In this document: one piece after another, positions 36,185-47,400 of the stretch
Numbering within the stretch: position 1 is the first letter of the stretch
Layout of the letters: every line of letters starts with the position of its first letter
Source: Selaginella moellendorffii
Taxonomy: Eukaryota > Plantae > Lycopodiophyta
Direction: 5' to 3'
Assembly: GCF_000143415.4 (NCBI RefSeq)
Contig: NW_003314368.1
Span: forward strand, 20,792 to 84,791
DNA length: 64,000 nt
The notes under the pieces: model-generated
What the model saw: only the letters and a program-made list of their open reading frames with translations
The model's database searches: none
Told to the model about the DNA's origin: nothing
Position numbers and translations under genes: made by a program

Positions 36185-39100
36185 TGGTGAAACGGAACCG
36201 TGCTGATGACGCTGAAACCTCTAGACGGGTGAATCGAGAGGAGGAAACTCCTGCTAGAGATGCTGCAGAAGAGGCAGAGACTGAGTCAGAGAGGAAGAGC
36301 CGGATGCTGCGGTGCTGCAGCGTATGGCTTAGGAAGTCGAGATCAAGAATTTGCGAAAGGAGATTCGCAAATTGAAGAAGGAGAACAAGAAGAGGAAGAA
36401 AGAGGCTGAGGCAGCTAAACCAACTGAGCCTAAGCAACTGGACTCCTCTTCGAGTTCTGAGGACGATGAAGTTTTGTAGCTGCCCCCGGTTGCACGAGTT
36501 TCAAAGTTCAAGCCCCCGAAACCACCCAACTTCAGAGGCATGCGGGACTATCAGGTTTTGGAAGACTGGGTCTACAATATGGAAAACTATTTCATAGCGG
36601 CAAATGTAGATGATTGTACGACAGTTGTGTGTGTGCAATCCTTTCTCACTGATCATGCCAAAACTTGGTGGCACCAGGTGTGTGCTGAAAAAGGACAGAC
36701 TAGAAGTTGGACCAAGATGCGGTCTCGTATCCGTAAAGAATACTTGCCGAATGATCTTGGTCTGAGACTTCACGTGGAGCTGCGGCGGTTAAAGCAGCAA
36801 GGGGATCTCATGTATTACGTTAATGCGTTTGCTTAGAAGTGCATTATGATTGCAAATATGAGTGACGAAGATGTTCGGAGTTATTTTCTGGAGGGTTTAA
36901 GTTCACTTTCTTGTAATGAGATTTTGAAGTTTAAGCCAAAGACGTACCTGGAGTGTAAGGAGGCGGCGCAGCAAGTTGTTTTTAGTCACTCGCTCATGGA
37001 ACAATATCAGCAACCGTATGCTAGTAACTCGGATAAGAATAAAAATTCTGGGAATAAACAAGGTGATCGGAAACAGAGGGTGGAAAGTAGGTTTCACCCT
37101 AGAGGCTCACAAGCAACGGTTAACAAAGGTGGTGGTGGTTGGAGACCACCAGCAGCTTCTTTTGGTCCTAGGCCCTCTATTCCTCCTCCTAGTGGGTACA
37201 AACAGCAGCAACCTGCAAAACCTGCTCCTAGCGGAATGGGTAGTGTGGGTCATTGCTTCCATTGTGGAGAGTCGGGATATAGGTCCTCCGAATGTCCCAA
37301 CAAGCATAAGACAAGGTCTCGGGTTAATGTCATGAGGGAAGACGGTGGTGGTGAAGCTGAAGAGGTTGACGAGTTGGTCAATGTAGACTATGAGGAATAA
37401 GAGGTGAGTAACTTTCGTTGCTTTCCTCAAGCTTTTCTTGCAGTTAATGCAAACACTAATCCGTTGATGTATTTTGTAGGCTTTGTCCGTGGACACCGAA
37501 TTTGAGTGATGATTGACACGGGAGCTACGTATAGCGTGATATCTGAAGACTTAGTTAAGTTGTTAGGATTGAATGCTGAGCAAATGTCGCCTATGCACTT
37601 CCGGTTTGCAAAAGGTGGGCAAGTAGCCAGAAAGTTTATGAGTGATGTTCCAATAAAGATATCCAAGTGGAAAGAAATAGTGGACTTGGTAGTGTTGAAG
37701 ATACCAGATTTTCAGATGGTGTTTGGTATGGATTTCTTCAACAAGTATATAAAAGGGGTTTATGGTGCTGGACAAAGTCGTATCACATTGAAGTCCGAGG
37801 GACGACTCGATGTGTCCTTCCAGTTGCAAAAGCGTTCCTCAAAGGACTGGGATGGAAAGTTCCTGACTGCGAGGGCCGCTCAAAAAGTAGCTAAAAGGGG
37901 ATGTCGGACCTTTTGGGTTCAGGTGATGGAAGCTGAGGGTATTGATGACTCAGTTCGAATCGGCAACAGGGTTGATCCTGTACCAAAGAAGATATTGGAG
38001 TTGCTGGTGCAGAATCAGGATATCTTCCCGAAGGATTTGCCACCAGGGCTACCTCCTAGCCGTGAGGTTGATCATCGGATTGAGGTTATTCCAGGTTCTA
38101 AACCACCTACAAAAGCTCCATATCAGTTGAACATCAAGGAGATGGTTGAACTTAACAAGCAACTCACGGAGCTTCTTGACAAAGGTCATATCCGACCAAG
38201 CAAGTCACCTTATGGAGCGCCGGTCCTTTTTGTTATGAAAAAGGATGGAACTATGAGGATGTGTATTGACTATCGGGCACTCAACAAGATCACAGTTAAA
38301 AACAGTTATCCTTTGCCTCGCATTGATGACTTGTTTGACCAACTTTTAAAGGCTAAGTATTTTACGCGACTTGATTTGCGGTCCGGGTATCATCAGATAT
38401 GGGTGGCGGATCAGGATGTGGAGAAGACAACCTTTAAGACTCGGTACAGATCTTATGAGTTCCTTGTCATGCCGTTCGAGTTATGCAATGCTCCGGCAAC
38501 GTTCAGTACTATGATGGATAGAATATTCGGAGATTATCTAGACACATTTGTTGTCCTATATATCGACAATGTTCTAGTCTTCAGCAAAACGTTGGAGGAT
38601 CATTTGAAACACTTGGAGCTGGTGTTTCAAAAGTTGTGCGAACACAAACTGTATGCTAAGGAAAGTAAATGCGCTTTTGGTCAATTGCGCGTAAACTTTC
38701 TCGGACATATAGTTGGTGGTGGCATGATTGAGGTCGATCCAAAGAAGGTGGAAGCGGTGAAGTCTTGGGAAGTCCCGACCATTGTATCAGATGTTCGATC
38801 CTTTCTCGGTTTGGCAGGATACTATCGCAAGTTTGTCCGCAATTTTGCAAGGATTGCTCTTTCGTTGATTGAGTTGACGAAAAGTAGTATTCTGTTTCAT
38901 TGGACACCAGCTTGTCAGCGTGCTTTTGTACGGTTGAAGGAAATCTTGACTACGGTTCCTGTTCTCAAGATCCTAGATCTTGATAAACCCTTCGAAGTGC
39001 ATTGTGATGCGTCTGGCTATGCTATTGGTGCCGTGTTGCAGTAAGATTATGACAAAGCGGTTGGTGTTACGCTAAGGTGACATGGTTGTCCCGTTGCGTT

Positions 39101-40880
39101 CTATTCCAAGAAATTGGATGAGACCCAACAAAGATGGCCAACGCATGAGAAAGAGATGTTTGCTATAGTGTCGGCCTTGGAACACTGGAGACACTACTTG
39201 GGTGGACATACCAAGGTTTATACGGATAGTAACACACTAAACTACTTTGCTATGCAGTCTAAGCTTACGCCGAAGCAGGCTCGTTGGCAAGAGAAGCTTG
39301 CTAGATATGATATTGAAATCATATATAAACCTAGTAAAGACAATGTTGTTCCGGATGTATTGAGTCATCAAGCTCAATTCCGAGCAATATTGACAATCAG
39401 TTCAGACTGGTTGGAGGACGTTTGGGCTTCGTATGGAAGTGATCCATTGGCGAAGGCAATCTTATGCCGTGCGGGGTTGTTGAAGTAGAGCCCTGGTAGC
39501 GAAGCAGCAAAAGTTGCTAGTCGCACTAATGTGAAGCTTCACTTCTCAGTTCGGGATGGGCTTATATTCTATAAGCAAGAAAGATTGTATCTTCCTTCTA
39601 AGGATCTTCAGCAATTATTTCTGCGGGAACATCATGATGTTCCGGCAGCAGGACATGGTGGGAAGCGAAAGACTCTGGCTTCATTGAAAAAGGGATTTTT
39701 CTGGTCTAGTATGGAAAGTGATGTAGCAGATTATGTCCGTTTCTGCCCTATATGCCAGCAATGTAAGCGCAGAACTGAGAAGCAGGCTGGAACGTTGCGG
39801 TGCATTCTAGCACTGGCATGGCCATTTCAGAACGTGACACTTGATTTTGTCACTTGCTTGCCGAAGTCTAAGGGTTATGATACTTTGATGGTGGTTGTGG
39901 ATCGGTTGTCAAAGATTGCACACTTCATTCCAACTGTGGGAACAGTGAATGAGAAACAAGCAGCAAAACTCTTTTTCCATGAAGTAATGCGAGTTCGTGG
40001 TCTTCCCGAAGAGATGATCTCGGATAGGGATTTGAGGTTTATAGGGAAGTTTTGGGGCACACTGTTCCAGTTGTTCGGTACCAAATTGAAGTTTAGTACA
40101 GCTTATCATCCTCAAACTGATGGGCAGACAGAATGCATGAATGCTCAAGTTGAGGATTATCTGCGGTACTATGTCGCGGTGGACCAACGCGACTGGGTTG
40201 AGCATTTGGATACAGCAAAAATATGTTATGACAACACATTTCACAGCGCTATAGGCTGTTCTCCATGGGAGATGCTACAAGGGAATGCTCGTGGGGTTCC
40301 TCAATAGATTGTTGTACCAAAACCAATGACCGAAGTGTTGGTCCCAGCCATTGAGACTTATGCGGAGTAGCTACGCCAAGGTTGGTCTAGAGCTACTGAG
40401 GCGATGGGCAAAGCTCAGGATAGGTATCGACGTGATAAGAATCAGCATCGTCGGGATGTATCCTATCAAGTGGGAGATCATGTGTGGCTATCTTCCCGAA
40501 ACTTGAACATCAAAGGATCTTTATCTCGGAAACTGTTACCGCGATATGTTGGACCCTATTGGGTGTTGGCACAAGTTGGTGATGTATCCTATAAGTTGGA
40601 TCTTCCAGATGAGTTGTCCCATGTACATGATGTGTTTCATGTCAGTTTATTGGCACCATATCGTGTTGATGCTCATCCCCCTCCGGAAGTTGTGAATGGT
40701 GATATCGAGTATGAGGTTGAGGTGATTCTCTTGTCCCACAAAGCTCGTGGTGGTCATTCCAAGGAATATTTAGTTAAGAGGAAAGGTTACCCAACTTGTG
40801 AATCAACTTGGGAACCTCTTAGTAATCTTACCCATGCTCGTGAGCTTGTCACGGAGTATGAGAATCGTAATAAAGACTAG
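36185..40880 (+). pseudogene. gag-pol polyprotein (Gag, zinc knuckle, protease, RT, RNaseH, integrase, chromodomain) with premature stops
   Basis: CFHCGESGYRSSEC, IDTGAT, LYIDNV (catalytic D to N), HCDASG, HHDVPAAGH..CPICQQ, YHPQTDGQTE and EYEVE..YLVKRKGY..STWEP. In-frame stops separate the ORFs. Confidence 0.95.
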
Positions 40881-43317
40881 CTTTTGTAAAAACCTTGTAA
40901 TAAATCTTGTAATTTCATAAAATAATATATTTCTCTAAATCAAAGTGTTGTTTCTATCGTTCGTTTGTCCTTGGGTCAGTTTTGGCAGGCTGACTTCGGC
41001 ACTTCGGTGCATGGGTCCAATCCATAACCATGGGGATAACTATTATAGACTGATCACAAGTCCCCACCTCTCTCTCGTTGACTCATTTTCGAAACGGGGT
41101 GTGGTCGTGTAAACAACTTAATCTGCCAGTTTATAATAGTTGTCTAAATCTTCCCGACAGGGTTGATTTCTTGCTCAGGGGAAGTTGGGCCTCTAGCCTT
41201 CTCCCTATGTCCTTGCAGGTAGGGATGTATCATTCCTTTGTAAGCCGAGTGGTACTTGGAGCAGCAAGGGTGGTTAACTCTATTAGTCATTTCCTTGTCG
41301 GTGACGGCCGGAGGGTGTCTGAGTCTTAGCGTCTTTGGACGTAAAGGAGAGGTCGTTCCCTAACTCATTTAAGTCGGTGTGTTTACCACATAGTGAGCTT
41401 TCCATTAACTTTTGGAGTTGTTTCCTTGACGGTTTGCTAGACTCGGGTATGCATCGATGAGGACGTCGATCTTCCCCAAGGGGGGGAGAGTGTCGCGAAT
41501 GTGACTTCGGGTATCAAAAGATACTTGTCGGCTAGTCCTTACAGACACTCTTTCCTTACTACCATGACGGCAGAAGGTTGGTACAGTTGGTTCCCTTTAT
41601 CGTTCCCAATTGAGCTAGTTGAGAAACTGGTCAATGACCATGCACTTAAATTGAATAAACATAAGGTAGGAACCCTATGTGTTTCTTGTTGAGCAGACTC
41701 GGCCTAGTTTGAGAAACTCGTGTCATTGACTTGCACTTACTAGTATCAAGAACCCCCGCGATATTGAGACTAGTCCCTCAATATTCGCTAGATGATAGCT
41801 TACCGTGTTTGCTAAACACCTTCGCTATCACACCCTTTGTGTTAGTCTCATTTTGGTCCCAAATGCTATTTATGGAAAGTGTCTAGATTAGCTCATTTGG
41901 CATATCTATGGAATGTAGAGATCGGCCTGAACACAATGGTGTTCGCCCCGTGTCCAAATTCACAATCTAAGGATATTCCATATTTAGTAAGTTTCGGACT
42001 TGTCCCAGAGACTAACTCCTGGTACTAAAGGAGGCTTGGGGTGAAAGCCCAAAGCGTGTGTCCCTCAAGGGGGGGGGGGGCACTGTGGGGGGTTCCAAAT
42101 GTATAGTAGGGATAGTGGTTGGAATGCATGTTCGACCACTTGAGATATTAGTTTGGCTCCTGTTGGGTTGTGTCGCTCCTTGTTCTGTGTCTGGCTTGGG
42201 TCTAAGCCCAAACTCCACGCTGCTCTAGTCGGTGGAGTACCCTCCTTCTCGCGTTAGGCCACCGGTATGCCTGAATTGTGCTAGACTCCGTCTGACACCA
42301 TTTTGTGTGCAGGTGCTGGATACGGGGAGCAAGTGCTCGTGGATTGTACTGGACCCTCGTTTTGTAGTGCAACAGACTTGGAGTTCAGCTCCAAATTCAG
42401 GTACGCTACATAAGGGAACTACTTCTTTTTGTGTCTTTCTCATTTTTCTCCTATTTTATGACTAGTGCTAGAAACATTGGTTTGTGGGTGAGCTGATCTT
42501 TCCAAACACCTATTTTTGGCTTTGTTATTGCTTTTTTTTCCTCCCAACTTTTTTCCAATGGTTACTCAAGTGTTTTTGTCATTTTTATGCAAATACATAA
42601 ATCATGCTACAATAAAATAAGCATGCCGGTCAACCTCAATGGACCCGTTCTCTAGGAAAATGACTAGATCGTTGTGCTAGATTCACTAGGGAGACTTCAC
42701 AGGTTCAAGGAGCTGTTTTGGAGGAAGAGCATGGTGGGAGCAGTGGTGTCTAGATCCAAGCAATGGTTGATCTTGATCCAAGTGTCGGCATGCAAGAGCT
42801 AAATGGTTCTAGAGAGTGTGGAAATGAAGAATTTATTTATAGCACAAGAGAAGCTGGTGGTGGTGGCAAAAATGAGTCTCCTGGTGCCTTAGGTGGTGAG
42901 GCAGATCTTGGTGGTGGTGATGGTAGATGTGTTGCTAGTGCCAAAGGTCATAGAAATGAGGTGGTAACTATGCTAGAGGCCAACACTATCTTGAATGAGC
43001 GAGTATGTGAGACTATTGTCTAGGCTCAAGAATGAACTATCAACAAGGTGTTAGGTGAAATGGCTTGGATGGAAAGGATCCCAAAATCTTTAAATTCCAT
43101 TTACTGTCTCAAGTAGAGTCATTAGATGCACTCACCCTATGACCTCAATATGGCTATTTATACCTCTTTCATAGAGGTTGGATTCAAGCACATTGCTGGA
43201 TCATTTATTGTGTCATCATCATTCCTCAGGACAAATTGCATAGATATGGTTACTCACGAGATTGAGCATACTTGGGATTAGAAATGGCAAATGAAATCTC
43301 AAAAGTTTGATACTTTG

Positions 43318-43912
43318 TGTAAGCTCCTGAGTTTGGACTTCCCGGGAGGTCACCCAACCCAGTACTATTCAAACCCAAAGACGCTTAACCCCAAATATCC
43401 CAAGACCCTTAACCGATTGGAAAAGGGGGTGCACTCTTGTTTATGGGCCCTTTCCCTCTATATTTGAACACCAATGGATCATTTCTTGAGTCGTTCCCTT
43501 TGGTTGCTTACAATCCACCATGCTTCCCTGCAAGTTCACGCCCTCGTGAACGGAAGCTGAGAGCCGCAACTCTCCCGAGAGCCTCGCTCTCTTGACACCC
43601 TACCCCTCAGGTCAAGCCCAGCGGGAGCAAACTGGACCAGCCAGATGTCAATCAACATATGGTGCGATTCCCCTAGCCAACCAATAGAGTCAAACCCGAG
43701 ACCCCTCTAATACCAAATGTAAGCTCCTGAGTTTGGACTTCCCGGGAGGTCACCCAACCCAGTACTATTCAAACTCAAAGATGCTTAACCCCAAATATCC
43801 CAAAACCCTTAACCGATTGGAAAAGGGGGTGCACTCTTGTTTATGGGCCCTTTCCCTCTATATTTGAACCCCAATGGATCGTTTCTCGAGTCGTTCCCTT
43901 TGGTTGCTTACA
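43318..43912 (-). mobile_element. Intact Cassandra TRIM with 5S rRNA-derived LTR segment
   Basis: TSD CTTTG. 195-bp LTRs 43318-43512 and 43718-43912 differ at 6 positions by eye. PBS TGGTATTAGAG and PPT GGGAAGCATGGTGGAT on the minus strand. 5S-like GGTTAAGCG..AGTACTGGGTTGGGTGACCTCCCGGGAAGTCC at 43335-43390 and 43735-43790. Confidence 0.95.
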
Positions 43913-44001
43913 CTTTGATAGCATGCCATGAGGAGATATAGGCCTTTGTAGGTTGGATATTCTTCATTATTGATGGAAACCACCAGTGACTAATATTTTG
44001 G

Positions 44002-45120
44002 AGGAGCTCATGTGGTTTTCACCCTTTATCCTATGGTGATTTACCATAGGATAAACATGAAGTAGAACTTAAGCCCTCTATGTGCCACTTGTCACATGCC
44101 ACATACCACATGCCACGTGTCTAAAAGATAGTGGTGTGGAACCCGAGTTTCAAGACCTTGGGCCACAAACCTTTTAAGCATTGAGCTAAGGAGTGAAGGA
44201 ATTAAAGCATGGAGCGACTCTTGAGTGTATAGTACAAAAGCATAGAGCGACTTGAAACAGTGCTAAAGTATTTAACATCCCAATGCCGGACTAGCATGCA
44301 AAATGGAGCTAAATAAAGTTTGGTACTATTTTAGCATACCGGTGGCCTAATGAGAGGATATGGGTACTCTACCAACTAGCATAGTGTGGAACTTGGGCTT
44401 AAAACCCCTTTCTTGAGGATGCATACTTTGGGCTTTCACCCTTAGTCTGTGAGACACAAAATCCCTAGGCCCCAAAGTGGAGTCGGAAAGGGTGCCACGT
44501 GGTAGTGGCTGAAGCGAGAGCCAAACAAGCGTAACACGTTTGGACCAAAAGCTCCGACTTGAAAAGTCAAGAGCGGGAGTGGAACTCCCAAAGAAGTGCT
44601 CGAGGAACGAGCACGAAGCGAGCAAAAAGCGAGGCTCCAAAAAGGGACCCAAAAGGACCAACACATGACACGTGGAAGTGTCCAAGATGGACTCAAGTTG
44701 GAGTCCGAAGTGGAGTCCGAGATGGACTCGAGTTGGAGTCCGAAGTGGAGTCCGAGATGGACTCGAGTTGGAGTCCGAAGTGGAGTCCGAGATGGACCCG
44801 AGTTGGAGTCTGAGGTGGACCCAAGATGGACCCGAAATGGAGTCCGAGATGGAGTCCGAGATGGATCCGAGGTGGAGTCCGAGATGGACCCGAAATGGAG
44901 TCCGAGATGGAGTCCGAGGTGGACCCGAGATGGACCCGAAATGGAGTCCGAGATGGAGTCCGAGATGGACCCGAGATGGAGTCCGAGGTGGACCCGAGAT
45001 GGACCCGAAATGGAGTCTCAGATGGAGTCCGAGGTGGACCCGAGATGGACCCGAAATGGAGTCCGAGATGGAGTCCGAGATGGAGTCTGAGATGGAGTCC
45101 GAAGTCGAGACCGAGACCGG

Positions 45121-45152
<32 letters not shown>

Positions 45153-46791
45153 TCGGGACCGAGAACGAGACCGAGGCCGAGGCCGAGACCGAGCCCGAGC
45201 CCGAGCCCGAGTCTGAGTCCGAGTCCGAGTCCGAGTCCGAGTCCGAGTCCGAGTTCGAGTCTGAGAGGGTGAAAGCCCAAAGCGTTCGTCTCCCAGACCC
45301 TGGGGGGTTTGGTGAGCTCCAAAAGTATAGTAGGGGGAGGACTGCAGTCGAGCCAGTTTGGCCAGGAAAGGCTAGTTTGGCCAGGAAAGGCCAGTTTGGC
45401 CCAGGAAGGCCAGACCCAGTGTTGGGTGATGAGCTGCCCACTGGGAAGTCCAAGACTAGAGTGAACACGGACCGACAAGCGGGGTAGCTTGGTGAAGTGT
45501 TCAAGAGCCGGCTCTAGTTCCCCCGGGAGATCGACTGGCCGATGCTCCCAGTCCAAGTGTGGGTGGCACTACCTACTTGGATACCTGGTGTGGCTCAATG
45601 GAACCCGCTCTAAGCCCATGGCTAGAGCACCCAAGGGCAGAAGGCCAGGAGAGTACCTAGGTGGCTCGCATAAGGCCATGGTGTTCCGAAATGTTGCCCC
45701 AAAATCCCAGACTGTGGAAAGGAAGAGGAGCAGTCCTCTGGGGTAATGACCAAGGACACAGTCGTGTGGTGAGGAAGTCCCAGAGGACTGTGGGACTTAG
45801 TGGTCGGGCCTGTGGGTCTCGATCCAATGGCAGTGTTGGCAAATACGGCCAGGGGCAGAAAGGGACTTAGTGGGGACTGATAGAGGGATATTGGGGAAGG
45901 CTATTCCCCTTGTCGGTGGGCATCCTAAGGATGCTAAGGAGTGGATCTGAGATGACCACTCACGGATGGTTTGCTTAGTCTTGGAGAGCCAAGACTGTGA
46001 TGCAAGTGGTATTGGACTACTAGTGTGGCAAAGGTGATTGGGCATGGCCTTAGCGTAACGGGCTGCTATGTCAGTGGTACCTTTGAGTGTCAGTCATGGG
46101 ATCGGACACGTGAAGCACTTGGACCCAGTGCAAATGTTGAGTGGCATGGATGCCATTCTCGGGGCTAGCAAGTCCCAAGTCCTGGATTGGACTTATGGAG
46201 GTTGTGAATGAGACTCCTCCAAGTGGTCAGAGGTGTGGTTAAGTGACTAAAGTAGAATGGAAAATTTAGTCTCTTACATAGTCATCCTTAGTACCATGAG
46301 TTAGTCTCTAGGACTAACTCAAAACTTATTAAATATGAAATGTCTCTAGATTGTGAATTTGGACATGGAATGAATACCATTGTATTTAGGACAATCTCTA
46401 CATTTCGTAGATATGCTAAATAATTAAATTTAGACACTTTCTATAAATAGCAATTAAGACCAAATAGAACTAATAGAAGGTGCATGATAGTAAGGGTGTT
46501 TAGCAAACACAATAAACTATCATTTAACAAATATTGAGGGACCATTTCAAAGCTAATGACACAAGTTTCTCAAACCAGGCCGAGTATGCTCAGCAAAAAA
46601 CACATAAGGTTCTTATCTTATGTTTATCCGATTTAAGTGCATGGGTATTAACTAGTTTCTCAACTAGCTCAAGTGGAGATTAATAAAGGGTCTAACAATA
46701 CCGACTTCCTGCCATCATAGTAGTTAAGAAAGAATATCCAAAAGGACTAGTCGAGAGGTAACTTTTGATACCCAAAATCACATTTGCAACA
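44002..46791 (-). mobile_element. Older B-type LTR in reverse orientation, internally deleted, interrupted by a solo LTR
   Basis: The reverse complement begins TGTTGCAAATGTGA at 46791. The B-type U5 (G-box cluster, ATCCTATGGT..ACCATAGGAT) is at 44002-44350. Confidence 0.85.
44448..46278 (+). mobile_element. Solo LTR of a second family containing a GAGTCC/GAGATG minisatellite (44690-45265)
   Basis: TG..CA termini and TSD TAGTC. A paralog lies at 51827-53158. Confidence 0.88.
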
Positions 46792-47400
46792 TGTATCTAA
46801 GAAAAGTTCTAGAACAATGATGAGTGACATATTTATATTCTAATGACACTTGTAGAGCCAGAAGATTGAAACCAAGCTATAAGGCTCAACTTGGCATGTC
46901 ACAAGATCAACATATAAGAATCCCTTACTAATAGCCTTTGTTCTCACCAACTATGTTACAAGCTTAATTAGTTTGCTTTCCAATCACATATCTTAGTCCA
47001 TGATATCGAGCACCTTCGATATGTTGGCATGCTCTCTCTCAAGGAAATCCAAATGCTGTATAGTCACGAGGTTATGGAAGCAGTTCAAGCAAAGTTTGTA
47101 GCATGTAAAAACCAAAAGTTGCTTATATAGTATTAGGTGCTTATGAATTTTTTGGTTGTGGTATAGGTAAAGGTATTCTTCTCTTGCATGAACTTGTGTT
47201 TTCTACTTGCAAGTTTTCCTTTTAGCCAATTGTCAAGGTAGAGCAAAACTCATATTTGAAAATTATGCAAGTGATGGATGAGGGGCAAAAGAACCTTGAA
47301 CTACGATAGCTTAAGTAGTGCATTTTGAACTCGAAGAAGTTACTTGCAATTGCAGACATTCAATACAATAGAGATTGGTTGAATTGCATTGTGGAGATAT

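Larger units (their letters stand above)
34953..42410 (+). mobile_element. Full-length Ty3/gypsy chromovirus (element A), coding-defective
   Basis: TSD TAAGG. LTRs 34953-35992 (with N gap) and 41491-42410, TG..CA. Met-i PBS TGGTATCAGAG at about 35995 and PPT at 41478-41490. Confidence 0.97.

Noticed and set aside
43335-43390. 5S rRNA gene
   Set aside because: Only about 56 nt of 5S similarity, embedded in TRIM LTRs.
44347-45556. Long overlapping ORFs of 271-385 aa
   Set aside because: They are by-products of the stop-free minisatellite inside a solo LTR.
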